NCBI GenBank assembly: GCA_951406725.2
Contig: OX597816.1
Location: 49,166,001 to 49,230,000 of the forward strand
DNA length: 64,000 nt
Source of the DNA: Octopus vulgaris
Taxonomy: Eukaryota
Direction of reading: 5' to 3'
The translations under genes were made by a program, and so were the position numbers. The stretch's first letter is position 1, and the number at the start of each line of letters is the position of its first letter. Below, piece by piece: positions 51,771 through 64,000 of this stretch. The notes beneath the pieces were generated by a model. The model ran no database searches. It worked only from the letters and a program-made list of their open reading frames with translations, and was not told where the DNA came from.

Positions 51771-51811
<41 letters not shown>

Positions 51812-52230
51812 TGTGTATATATATAAGCATTTTGCCCACTGTGCTAACCTTTCTGCAAGCTTGCCGCCTTACATGCAAGTGGGAATAATAAAGTCAAATC
51901 TTTCACAACATCGATGTATGGTTTGAAATTATTTAATTCACACAGACAGACAGACAGACATACACACACACACACACACACTCCCACGTGTGTTTTACTT
52001 ACGGTGGTAGCATTAGGATTTTGATTTCTGGACCAGGAAATGCATTACGTTCTTGAGTAAAACGTTTCGTTTTACATTGCTGCAGTCTACTCACCTGGCA
52101 AAAATGAGTTATTTTGCGACGGACTACTGTCACGTCCAGGAAGAAATATATACGTCACAATATCTGGGGAAATGTTCTTATGAGCCTATTGCTCACTAGC
52201 TATCTTTAATCTTTTTTTTGTGCGTGTATA

Positions 52231-53140
52231 CGTGGTGGTATCAAAACGTTCCCAGACTAGTTATGTAGTCCGCCAACAGATGGTAGAAGACGGTTGCATG
52301 CATAGTGTGAGGTAGCAGTGATCTCCATGAGGCAGTGACCTCCATGAGGCAGTGGCATTCATGAGGCACTGTGCCGAATGACATTGCTGTGTCTCCTTCA
52401 CGAGTTGGCAAATTTGGGTTTTTGTGATCACGTGCATGATGCAGTTTGCGACTTTTGTTATGGACCGGAAGTTAGAACAAAGGGCCAACGGGAAAGGTTG
52501 CGTTAGACTCGAGAAGTTCGCTACAGAGACATTGCGCATGCTTCGGCAAGCTTTCAGCAACGAGGCAATAGATCGTATGCGATGTTTCGAGTACCACAGG
52601 CGCTTCAAAAGCGGAGGAACATCCGTGGAGGTCTTAGAGCGATCTGAAAGACCTCACACGACTCCCGGAAATGTGGGGAAACTTCATTAGCTTGTGCATG
52701 CGGTTTTTCGGAGGACAATCAAAGACATTGCTGATGTTGCTCTGTGGTAGTGGTGCGGGCAAGCAATGCTAACATCTGGATTCTCCATAACGACAATATA
52801 CCCTCTCGCCGAGCTCTCCTCACTCGTAATTTTCTCTCCACACCCAATCTATTCGCCAGATTAAAGAATCTGCGGACTTCCATTTCTTCTCCAACATGAA
52901 AATGCAACTCAAAGGTCGCCGCTTAACACCGTTGTCGAGATCCAGATCGAATCGTAGGAGGTCCTCGACTCGCTTACGGAAAACGATTTCTAGGACGGAT
53001 CCCAAAAATTGCAGGATAGCTGCGGCCAGTGCATTGTTGTACAAGGTAACTATTTCGAAGGAGATGATGTTAAAACTTAGGTAAATAAATTATTCTTTAT
53101 TAAGCATAACTTAGTCCGGGGACTTTTTGATACCACCACG
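52231..53140 (+). mobile_element. Internally deleted mariner transposon
   Basis: TA|cgtggtggtatcaaaa ... ttttgataccaccacg|TA TIRs with TA TSD. N-terminal MDRKLEQRAN...ETLRMLRQAF...RRFKSGG and C-terminal WILHNDN...FFSNMKMQLKGRR. A 17-bp tandem repeat lies near 52323-52370. Confidence 0.9.
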
Positions 53141-53149
53141 TATTTATGT

Positions 53150-53372
53150 ATGTGGCCGTGTCTTTGTGTTTTTCCTCCCTACCGCTTCAGCACAGGTGTT
53201 GGTTTGCCTGTGTCCCTATAAATTACCGGCTTAGCAAAAACATCACGGAATTTTTCTAGAAGTCACTATTTCCTGTACTGAGGCCATTTGTGCGACTAAA
53301 TATTCAAGATGGTGTTGCCGCATGAACGTAATCGAATGACAGAAACGAGCAAAACAGTAAAAATAAAAGAAT
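53150..53372 (+). mobile_element. SINE family A 3' half, diverged
   Basis: tgtgtttttcctccc...ggtgttgccgcatg...aatgacagaaac. Confidence 0.55.
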
Positions 53373-53711
53373 GCAAGTACAGACAAATACATGCTTTGGG
53401 CTTAAGGGCAAATCGAAGAGTTGATCTCTCGATCTGTTATCGCTTCGGTTTTCGACAATAACATCTGTTAATTCTCCTACATGCTTTCCGCTATTAACAA
53501 TGGTAAACGTAGTTTGCAGCACAAAGGTCGGATTATGAATACGGCATTGATTTAAAAGTGATAAGTCACGCGTCTGAATCGACAGAAATTATATTTTTGC
53601 ATCATGAATATGAATTGTTGGAATGTAATAATTAATAATGCACATATAAGATGAATGCACTTAAAGGTAGTTAACTTATAAAATACAGAGAATACATAAA
53701 TGCTGATATAA

Positions 53712-53760
<49 letters not shown>

Positions 53761-54315
53761 CTTTATTCCTATATATCTATCGGTCGATCGATCTGTAAGC
53801 ATACACACATGCATATGTCTCTGTGTGTATGTGTTTATGAATATGATTATCTAAGAGCAATGAATATATGTTTATTATGTTAGACAGATATAGTTAAGTT
53901 TATTTTGAGTGCAATGTCGAATACAGCTACATAAACACATACCTACATATATACATTTAATTCCTTTTCCTTTATAGAAAGTTACCAGTGAGGCAATGTT
54001 GGTCTGTCAGTTTTTATAGAGCAAAAACCCGAAAGTTATTAATATTGATAATAAAAATAAACTTTTATTGATGTCATTAGCAGAGTTAATTTATTCCGAA
54101 TTTATAGCTTCATCTGTAGTGCCTCATAAACAATGAACTACAAAAGTGTCTATTGATTTTTAACTCGATTTTGTTGGAACACATGCAGAGTTAGAAATAT
54201 ACTAATGGTTTCTCTCCAATAATTGCCACATTTCTTAAGAGTTAGTTCTATTTTGTTTTAACAAAACAATAATTGTAGGGAATATTTTCAACTGAAATAC
54301 ACACACATTGCATGC

Positions 54316-54351
<36 letters not shown>

Positions 54352-54442
54352 TTAAATAGACATACACACGTATACATGTATATATATATAGAATATACAT
54401 ATATATATATATACATACATACATACATACATACATACATAC

Positions 54443-54490
<48 letters not shown>

Positions 54491-54686
54491 GTATATATAT
54501 TTATTCATTTATATATATGTACCTGTATCTAGACATGCGATAAATAGTTGGTTAGAATAAGTAACTCCAAATTAAAGAACTCAATACCAAGTTAAAGTGT
54601 ACAGTAAAAAATATTTTTATAGCCGCTTACTTAAATATCTGCTACCAAAACTCAAAGTCAACATTATTTTTAATATTACCCCATCC

Positions 54687-54900
54687 AAGCTGGTGAGCTG
54701 GCAGAAACGTTAGCACGCCGGGCGAAATGGTTTGTGCTATTTCGTCTGTCGATACGTTCTGAGTTCAAATTCAACCGATGTCGACTTTAATTTTCATCCT
54801 TTCGGGTTCAATAAGTTAAGTAGCAGTTGCTACTGGCGTCGCTCTAATCGACTAGCCCCATAAAAATTTCGGGACTTGTGCCTAAGAGCAGAAAAGAATA
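54687..54900 (+). mobile_element. SINE family B (short-tail type)
   Basis: Head and core followed by the ttcgggacttgtgcctaagagcagaaaagaa tail. Confidence 0.85.
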
Positions 54901-55280
54901 TTAACCCATTCATATATACATACATTTTACGGGTGTACGTACACATGGTACGTAGTTGTCAATAATTCCTGCCAGTTGTGCGATTTTCTTGACTGGATAT
55001 GCGTATATATGTTTTTATTCTTCCACCCTATATCATTCCCAGCTGTACGAATTACTCACAGCCTACCTGTACATCATAGCTAAACAATTACTACTTGTGC
55101 AGTGCTATTTCTCTGCCTTCACAAAATTGCTGTAGTTCTATGCGGTAAATTTATCACCAGAGTTAAAGAAGATTGTATCAGATATAAGCCAGTTTGAAGC
55201 ATATTGAATACTCTCCGAGAAAACACTATCCTTTTGTAATGAAAATATCCCATGGATACAAACTGCAATATCTTATAGTC

Positions 55281-55686
55281 TAAGGCGTGAGCTGGCCGAA
55301 ACGTTAGCACACCGGGCGAAATGCGTAGCTGTATTTCGTCTGCCATTACGTTCTGAGTTCAAATTCCGCCGAGGTCGACTTTGCCTTTAATCCTTTCGGG
55401 ATATTTAAATTAAGTACCAGTTGCGCACTGGGGTTGATGTAATCGACTTAATCCGTTTGTCTGTCCTTGTTTGTCCTCTCTGTGTAGCGCCTTGTGTGTA
55501 GTAAAGAAATAGGTATTTTGTATGTCTTTACGTTCTGAGATAAAATTCTGCCGAGGTCGACTTTGCCTTTCATCGTTTCGGGGTCGATGAATTAAGTACC
55601 AGTTGCATACTGAAGTCAAGCTAATTGACTGGCCCCCTCCCCTAAAATTTTGGCTCTTGTGCCAAGAGTATAAAAGAAAAGAATAA
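55281..55686 (+). mobile_element. SINE family B dimer inside one TSD
   Basis: A long-tail unit joined at aaagaaatag|gtattttg to a truncated short-tail unit. TSD cttatagtc at 55272-80 and 55687-95. Confidence 0.85.
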
Positions 55687-55744
55687 CTTATAGTCACCGT
55701 ATATACACATATATACATGTAATGGATATATATATTTACCACCG

Positions 55745-55788
<44 letters not shown>

Positions 55789-56606
55789 TCCAGCTAAATT
55801 TGAACTCAGAATGTAAGGAGGGATGAAACGTCCGGCGTGCTAACGATGCTACCAGCATTGTTATGCTGTATGATATAACATTGACAAAGGCATGAGTAAT
55901 ATGCCATCAAACTTTCGCTGAATTTACATCTTTGTCAAATAATTAGTCACAAAGAGGAGTTAAGCTCACCCTAGCTATTCCGTTGGCCGGTTTCGAATTC
56001 TAGTTGGAACTAACCGATTTTAACGCTATCAATAATACTTTTCAGGTGGCATTTTATATTCCTTTATATAAATTTTATGGACTTGAGTCAAAGTAATAAA
56101 ATATAAAAATGAATAGATATTCTTTGCTTTCAGACATTTTTATGTATGGTGTTTCAATAAATCCTGTGAAAATTATATAAACCTCCACATTAGTAGAAAC
56201 TTATTCTCTTAAATGCTTTATGGTTAAAAATTCAAGAATATTTTTAGTGCATCGACAAAATATAATAACCTTATGAACCGGTTCTATGTTTGTATTTCAA
56301 TATCATGAACACGCATCAATATAAATTAAAATATACACCATATATACAGAGGCATGCACACATTCACACACGTGCAACAGAAGCATAAGTATATATCTAC
56401 ATGCTATATTAGTATACAGACACACTGTCCAAAACTGTACAAAAATACAAAGGGTAGAGGTAGGTGATGGAAAAACGAAGTGTATTATTTTGACTCTAAG
56501 GAAAAATAGGAGCATCTTTGAGGTTTCGAGCTCACACTCTTTTACGGAAAGGAACGAGGAAAGTGGGTGCTGATGTATGTATGCATGTGTGTGTAGTAGT
56601 AGGAAA

Positions 56607-56640
<34 letters not shown>

Positions 56641-58035
56641 GAGAGGGAGAGAAAGAGGGAGAGAGAGAAGCATATAAAAGTTCATGTAACATACTCACAC
56701 ATTAGATATGCTTGAATGACAAGCGTATCTTCCCCACAGGTATATTTATTTTGACTATGCGCATACACTTAGATTCTTAGTATTGTCTTCCCTACCTTAG
56801 TCGCTTCTGAATATGGCAAAAGGAAAGCAAAAAAAAAAAAAAAGATTGTGACGTTAATGGCTCTCTCGGGTGCATAACTGTTGTAAGCGAAGTGAAATAA
56901 CTTCTACTGGGAATCGAAACCAGGTCGATACTTGCCGGAGACGTATCGTTCGTTCTATGGTGCTTACCATTATCTATTTTATGAGACTGAACAAAATTCC
57001 ACTCTATTGACTAATTATTGTAGCTGAAAACAAGTCATGTCTGAGAGGACCTACAATCCAATAGGAAATTTATTCTTTGATTTCTGTTTATACTAAAAAT
57101 ATCAAAGTGGTGAATAACAAAGATCGGATATTGTACACTAAATACTATTCAAGTTTGTAAAATGTGCAGTATAAAAGAAAGAGAAATGAAGAAAAAAATA
57201 TGCTTAAAATAGATGAATAAAAATTCTTCTGTTATCGTTAAAACGAAGAATATAGAAGAATCTTAAAGAAGAAAGGAAAATATACCGAATAATCTCTTTT
57301 TATTTGCCAGCTTGTTTCTCGATGTTTCGAAACTGTTGATATCTTATTGTATTGATAATAGAAAGAAAAAGATAGAGAAAAAAAGGAATAGTTTATAACT
57401 TTAAATAGTTTGCTCTTTGTTTGTTCTTAAGAAATTAATACATGTATATAAGTGATCGATTCTATTGATATGCAAAGTTAGATCGATAGATCACAGATAA
57501 AATGTTGAAAAGAATAACTAATAAATAATATTAATAAATAGATAGTTAGTCAGTTTTGAGGGGAAAGAAAAAAAAAACACTTAACTAAAGTGAGGGAAAA
57601 TGAGGGAAGAAAAGAATAGAAAGGAAGAAAGTGACAGAGGGGAAAATCGTTTTCAGAGATATATGAATGGGTTGTGAAGCACAGTGACAGAGAGGTATTG
57701 AACGGTCTGTAAGAATTTGATGGAATGATGATGGAAGTTCAACGATCTCGATCTATCTATATATCATACCCTCAAGAATTAACTATCTGTCAATTATCGC
57801 TTGTTTATCTAAAATACTTTTGTATGCAAGAATACTATCACAGTCTATTACTGTCTTTCTGTCACCAACAAACTCACGAAGGAGCTTAGATACATACGTT
57901 TCTTCAACCACATACATACGTATATACATATAAACATCTACTTATCTATCTAGCTAGGTATCTGTTGTTCTGCTTGCCAGTGTGTCTGTGTGTCAGTCTG
58001 TCAGTCTATCTATCATTTATATATACTATGCATGC

Positions 58036-58095
<60 letters not shown>

Positions 58096-58892
58096 CTTAT
58101 AAGAGTGTGTGCGTGCGTGTGTGTATATGTGTGCGTGTGTGTGAGTGTGTGTGCACATCCAATTCTTAATATTTTGTTCTAGTCCGGATACTAAAGTTCA
58201 ACTTTATTAATACCTAACTGACCACAGCCGTACCGTAAGCCAACAAATACACTTAAGAACAATCAGTAGCATCCGACTCTGCGTAGACTTTGTGACTGTC
58301 AGAGAACGTTTCGGCTCCTTAGAAAAGCGAAGAGTGATGGAGGATTTAATAAATCAAGATGAAAAACAACGTTGACGCCAAAGTCATCAAGCACACAGAT
58401 ACCCATACTTCATCCTTCATCAGACAACACAAATATGTAAAAAACGTTCCTCACAAATAAGGTGTAGCAATGCAGAATTCCATTTTATTTGCTGCCGACA
58501 AAAAACTGCGCTTGCGTGGTGGATTTGAAAAATTATAATATATAAGCACGGGGCACATGCTGGATTGCCTCATATTTATATGTTTAATCTAGGCGTACCT
58601 GTTGATAAAGACTTCGCCTAGTAAATTATTTTATTTGCTAATTTAAAGTCAGAAACCATGGTCCAGGAAATACTTGGTAAATCATATTATTCTCACGACA
58701 CCATCCTAGGCACAGGTGCGGCAGCATGGGTATGATGCTCGTTTTTTTAACCACATACTTTTTGGTTCAGTCACATTGCGAGGTACTAAAGGGGAATCAG
58801 CTCTACTATAATGAGGAGCCGACTAAGGACACGTCAGTGAATTTGTTAGATAAAAAGTGTGTGGAATCTGGTCATGTATATGTAGGTATATG

Positions 58893-60139
58893 TTAGGTTG
58901 TTTCACATGAAATGTCGTATTTGAAAGGTAACAATAAAATGTTTCAGAAGTGTTAGAGAACTGATTTATTTAATCAACGTATGATCCATGTTCATTTATG
59001 CCGTTTATCCAACGTTTCTCTATGTCATATATTCCATCTTAAAAAAGAAAATTCATCCTTTGCTGTGATAAACTGTCCGAATGCTTCAATTACCTCTCTA
59101 TTTAAGAATGTTTTATTACTTGTGAAAATCTCAGAATGCTTAAATAAGTGATGATCAGGAGGTGAGATATCAGGGGAACAGGGAGAATGTTGCAAAATCT
59201 CATAATTCAGGTTTTGCAACTTTTGGACCGTAGTTTGAGGAGTGTGAGGACGTGCATTGTCGTGGAGCAAAATTGGGCCATCACTGTTCACTAGACTGGG
59301 ATGCTTCTTTTTCAAATTCTCATGCATACAATCAATTTCCTGGCAATACGATGTCATTGTTACTATTTTTTCTTGTTTCAAAAATGAATAATGAATAATT
59401 CCCTTCACAGACCACCATACAGTGACCACTAACTTTTTAGGGTGCAATGGTGGGTCTGGGTAGTGTTTAGATGACTCTCCTGCACCTGGTCACTGTCCTG
59501 TTCTCCTGCTGTTGTCAAGGAATATCCATTTCTCACCACAGGTAATGATTTGATGCAAAAATGGTCTTTTTCCAGTCGAGAAAGTAATAAGGAGCACACT
59601 TCGAGGCGTCTGTTTTATTTTGAATCTCATTCGGCTGATGTGGAACAAACCTATCCGTTTTCTTGTCACTTCCAATTTTTTACAGGTGTGCAAAAGAAAT
59701 TGTGCGAGCTTTGGAGTTCTCAGGAAAGTTTTCGAACGTTTGTTCTCGGATTTTGTTCAATCAATGCATTTAATCCATCATGCCGAATAACTGATTTTGG
59801 CATACTCTTAGTTTATTTTCAAGGCTATCATCTCCTGAACGAGAGCTTTGGAACCATCTATGAACAGTTCTGATGTCAACAAATCCATTACCAAAGACCC
59901 GCTTGATATTTCGTAAAGCTTCTGCGGCAAAGTGACCCAGTTCGTACTCATACGAAAAGATCACTCAACATAGTTTAACTGTTATCATTTTCATAAGGTC
60001 TTTGGGAACGAATTTTGTATACCAATATTGATGGGAAAGAAAACGAGTTAAAATTAAAAGCATGGTGCACATAAGTGAGTATGTAAATCACTTAAATAAC
60101 AAGTAATTAAAATGCAACATTTCATGTGAAACAACCTAA
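58893..60139 (-). mobile_element. Full-length decayed mariner transposon (~1.25 kb)
   Basis: TIR ttaggttgtttcacatgaaatg at both ends. Frameshifted transposase with IITCGEKWI, HPKKLVVTVWWS, ILLHDNARPH and SPDISPPDHHLF. Confidence 0.95.
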
Positions 60140-60300
60140 TATATATATGAAGACAGGATGAAGGATATTAGAGAGAGGGAGAGACGGGGTGAGAAGAATG
60201 GGCGAATGAGAAGTATATGAGAGAGAGGGTGAGGTGACGAGAGGAGAGGTAGATGTGAGAGGGAAAGGAAAGAGAAATGAGAAAAGATATATATATATAT

Positions 60301-60457
60301 TTAAAAAAGGAGATGTGGAACACGAGTTGTGATATATAAAAAAAGGAAATGAAGAAAATGCTGACAAAATAATTTAAGTAAGGGAGTAGTGTATTTAATT
60401 AGGTGAAAGTTCTTTTTACTGGTTGCGCATTTGTTATGCTTATCAAAAGATATTTTG
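60301..60457 (-). mobile_element. Paralogue of the 43960-44230 pLTR-like element
   Basis: Shares aaggaaatgaagaaaatgctgacaaa...aattaggtgaaagttctttttac.ggttgcgcatttgttatgcttatcaaaa. Confidence 0.75.
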
Positions 60458-60497
60458 AGTGAGATAGAGTTCCTTTCTGGTTGATTTTTTTCTCTTA

Positions 60498-60552
<55 letters not shown>

Positions 60553-60571
60553 CAAAAACATCTGTTCAGCC

Positions 60572-61070
60572 GTTTGTAACGTTATACCGTAAAGGAAAAT
60601 TATAGTCGTCAACTAAATTTGACTAATGCTGGGAATAACACCAACATTGCTAGAAATAAGAGCTAAAATTCTCCAATGCTGTTGCAAAGCACATAACATA
60701 TACTCTAATAGAGGCTGCAATTACCCCGAACACCGAACCAAAAATTCCTTAGACTGACCTGCCAATTTCGCCTATTTCCTTACTCATCTTTAGTAAGGCC
60801 AACCCGTTCGCTTGATTCCGTGCTATTAAAGTATATTAGAGTATAAATAATTCCCCATAAAAATCTATGGATGACTTAGCAGATCGCTAATGTGTATACA
60901 AAAAATTAATAAGAACAGCTGTTTCCAACTTTATACTGGTAAAGTAAAATTATAGCTGTCAACTAAACTTGACTAGGGGCGTGAATAACACCTGCATTGC
61001 TAGAAATAGGAAGTAAAATGCACCAATGCTGTTACAAAAGACATAACATATACTCTGACAGGAGCTGCGA
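60572..61070 (+). repeat. Diverged local duplication of ~150 bp (60572-60720 / 60920-61070)
   Basis: Shared aaaattatag..gtcaactaaa.ttgacta, gaataacacc..cattgctagaaata and ccaatgctgtt.caaa..acataacatatactct. Confidence 0.7.
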
Positions 61071-61138
61071 TATATTTTACTTGCTTCAGTAATTAGACTG
61101 GTGCACTACCTTGAATATTTCTTTTTTAATCCTGGGCC

Positions 61139-61226
<88 letters not shown>

Positions 61227-61248
61227 TATTATTATTATTATTATTATT

Positions 61249-61780
61249 GAGTGAGATAGCAGTGCATGCCATCAAAGTGACACTGGAGAAAAAATATACG
61301 AAGCCCAGTATACCCATCATGACTACCCGTCTGATAACGGTACACTAAGCACATGCACCACAACCATTTGTGCGCGACATGGTGATCTCATATCAAGATA
61401 AACAGCACATGACCTTGCAGGTGGGGCCCAGTTAGAATTTTCTTCTGTCGAGTAACCCATCCCGCTCAAAAGGTCCCTGAATAAGGGCTGTTTAAGGATG
61501 TTGAACGTAACACCCATGTTTCCAGAGGTCAATTATTCAATCCCTCTCAACACATGGCTATGATGCTCCCCCACTACTTCTGCTCGTGATCAGAGATGCA
61601 CATATCGTCAGCCACTAAGGAACATGCTCAACTGGTTAAGGTCAAACAACTGACAAGCAAATCTGTGGTATTGAGCAGAATTTTTGCTGTAACCCGTCTT
61701 TTATACCAATACAAAACAATGTACATGATAACACTTCCAATCAGAAGCCACGAGAGCCACTGCCCGGTTCTGCATCAGGG

Positions 61781-61782
<2 letters not shown>
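61249..61782 (-). mobile_element. Non-coding ~530-bp element embedded in (TAA)n
   Basis: A more GC-rich island bounded on both sides by (TTA)n, with no convincing ORF. Orientation and family are inferred. Confidence 0.5.
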
Positions 61783-61828
<46 letters not shown>

Positions 61829-61844
61829 GATTATTATTACTCTA

Positions 61845-62010
61845 GAGCAGCGAGCCACCAGAATCGTTAGCATGCCTGACAAAATGCTTAGCGGCATTTC
61901 GTTATGTTTTCGTTCCTATTTCGAATTCCGTGAAGGTCGATATTTCCTTTCATCTTTTCGGGTGCGATAAAATAAGTACCAGTTGAGTACTGAGACCGAT
62001 GTAATCCACT
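61845..62010 (+). mobile_element. Diverged SINE family B
   Basis: gcgagccaccagaatcgttagc head and cctttcatcttttcgggtgcgataaaataagtacc core. Confidence 0.7.
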
Positions 62011-62959
62011 ATCCCGAATTTTAAAATAAAAAATACACATCTTGTTAATCCAGCTACCTAAGGATTCCTGTTCGAAATCATTATTCCGCCGTTTATGAAA
62101 AGGAAAATAAAACCGTTTGTTAATTGTCTTTTGAGCACATAATGCTTAAACAAGCAACACTTGTAAAGAAGAGAGCAAGGCAGATAAAACTCAAGAGAGA
62201 TAACCAACGTTACATTAATTCGATGTCAAGCAAACGTTATTGGTTTACTAAATATCCGCTGGTCTACTTCTAAATGCTGATCAGATGTATTAATTGAAAT
62301 GCAGACATTCAAATACATACATGTGTATTTGTTGGAGGTTTTCCAGGTTTTCGAGAGATAGTTTTTTACAAGAGAATACATTGAAATATTTTTAAACCTG
62401 TTAATACAGTGTCTGAATTTGGAGAATATTCCCCATTTGATGTCGAAACTGGGCCCTTCGTCTTTACGTTTCCAGATTAAAGCCGAAATAGTTGTTGAAT
62501 GTCTCTTATCAGGTTACTTAAAATTCGAAAGATGGCTGTAATATCTAGATGTAAATTTTTCTTCCACGGCTCTGATATAATGTTTGATATCCGTGCCACC
62601 ATTGTCGTGGTTCGCTTAAACTTGTGCTTCATACCCAAAGTAAGATATATCACATTCCTTTCCTAGAGAACATTTAGATTTCTCTCTACATGTGCATCCG
62701 GGTCAGATTTGAGTCATCCGTTGCTTATTGATACATGACTTAACATTAGGAGCAGAAGAAAAGGTAATTTTTAACGTGTGTCAGTTAAAGATACTTTTCT
62801 ATCTATAGGTTCTGGGGAAGTGGTTATTTATTAAGTTCAAGAATTTTCTACCAGTAAATCCAGTATCCCGTATGGTCTTATTATAAAATAGGGCAGCTTT
62901 TCGGATATTTCTTCTTCAGAAGAAGAATAGGCATATATATATATATATATATATATATG

Positions 62960-63140
62960 TTTTATTTATATGTGAAACCGTTAATTCAGACACGTTTATT
63001 TTTCTCCGTTTTCTCTCCTCCTTCCTTTCTGTGGAACAGCGTAAGATCGAAATGTGAAAGACTTTTCAGTTTTTCCTGAGCATCAAACTAAAGAACCGCA
63101 ATTGTTGTTCTCTCACCTACCTCCGTGTTTTGATTTGAAC
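62960..63140 (+). mobile_element. Decayed pLTR-like repeat related to the 15685/49217 family
   Basis: cttt-CTGTGGA-acagcgtaagatc-GAAA-tgtg-aaag, followed by ttcctgagcatcaaa as in the 15781 copy. Confidence 0.45.
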
Positions 63141-64000
63141 CATATATATACATAAATATATGTATGTATGTATGAATTTATGTATACATATGTATATATT
63201 CTCCCCATTATCAGTTAGAGGAACTTTCTAGTAAATTATTAATGTCGTGAATATGCATCTCCTTCATGGGATATAGATGCTGTAAACTTTTCTTTTGTGT
63301 GTTGATAATAAACGTTAAATGGATCTCTGAAGTTTGAGAAAATACTGATATTAACATTTGATCTGTGGAGTGAGTGCAGTCTATTGAATCGACTCCACCG
63401 TTTGCTTATGTATTTTCATGGACCGAAGACAAGGCAAGATAAACGAGACCTCAATAAAATTTGAATTCAAAACGAGTCATCATATAAATATATACCGTCT
63501 TAAAATGCTTCAGCTTATTTCCATTTATAATTCGTTTAGGTTTAATAATATGTATATTAATGTGAGAGATTTTTCTACCCTGCTTTATTTAAAATCACAT
63601 CAAGTTTATCTCTTCATTCATTCAATTGGCTACTTACTTGTGCTTGAAACCTCTCAAGTGAATCGAGAGAAGTAATTTATAATCTCGCGAAGCGAAGAAA
63701 AAAATTAAAAAGCCGTCGGAAACGGAGAATGAGAAAGTTAAGATATGTGTGTGTGTGTGAGCGAGGAGAGAAAGAGACTTAATTAGATAAAACTTTTTGT
63801 GAAATTTATTATATATTTTATGTAAAATCTTGTGCTGCAAGGATATTACATGTATCTTCACATTTATGGCTTGAATCTACAACTAAAGATTTCCTCTCTT
63901 AACACATTTCCCAAACATAAAACCTAGTAGCATCGACATTATCAACAATACTCAGATTTATACAACGTATAAATCGAAAAATTCTGAATGTAATGTTGGA

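Larger units (their letters stand above)
50784..51778. mobile_element. Retrozyme-like / Penelope-mobilised non-coding element: 491-nt unit with 57-bp terminal redundancy plus an inverted 442-bp copy
   Basis: Arms 50784-51225 and 51231-51672 are reverse complements with no mismatch found by eye. 51231-51287 is repeated at 51722-51778. (TA)n lies on both flanks, and each arm has an HHR. Confidence 0.8.

Overview
AT-rich, microsatellite-dense eukaryotic non-coding DNA. The SINE repertoire and the (TA)n/(CA)n/(TATC)n density suggest a coleoid cephalopod such as Octopus (inference). I see no intact protein-coding gene, and most listed ORFs are microsatellite read-throughs. The window is a mosaic of three tRNA-derived SINE families, decayed LINEs (RTE, L1/Tx1-like), mariner DNA transposons and non-autonomous Helitrons. 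The unexplained signal is about ten type I hammerhead-ribozyme (HHR) or HHR-like motifs in short non-coding elements, most of them beside microsatellites and several in fold-back (inverted) arrangements. The clearest case is 50784-51778. It is a 491-nt, terminally redundant unit rich in G-U hairpins that carries an intact HHR and is duplicated as an apparently perfect 442-bp palindrome. This resembles a retrozyme or Penelope-mobilised circular-RNA element. Also notable are an ORF1-only L1/Tx1-like element whose 3' end matches the tail of the commonest SINE, repeated SINE-into-SINE junctions at two fixed positions, and one candidate 99-bp host exon. All RNA structures and alignments were derived by eye, with no folding software or database search.
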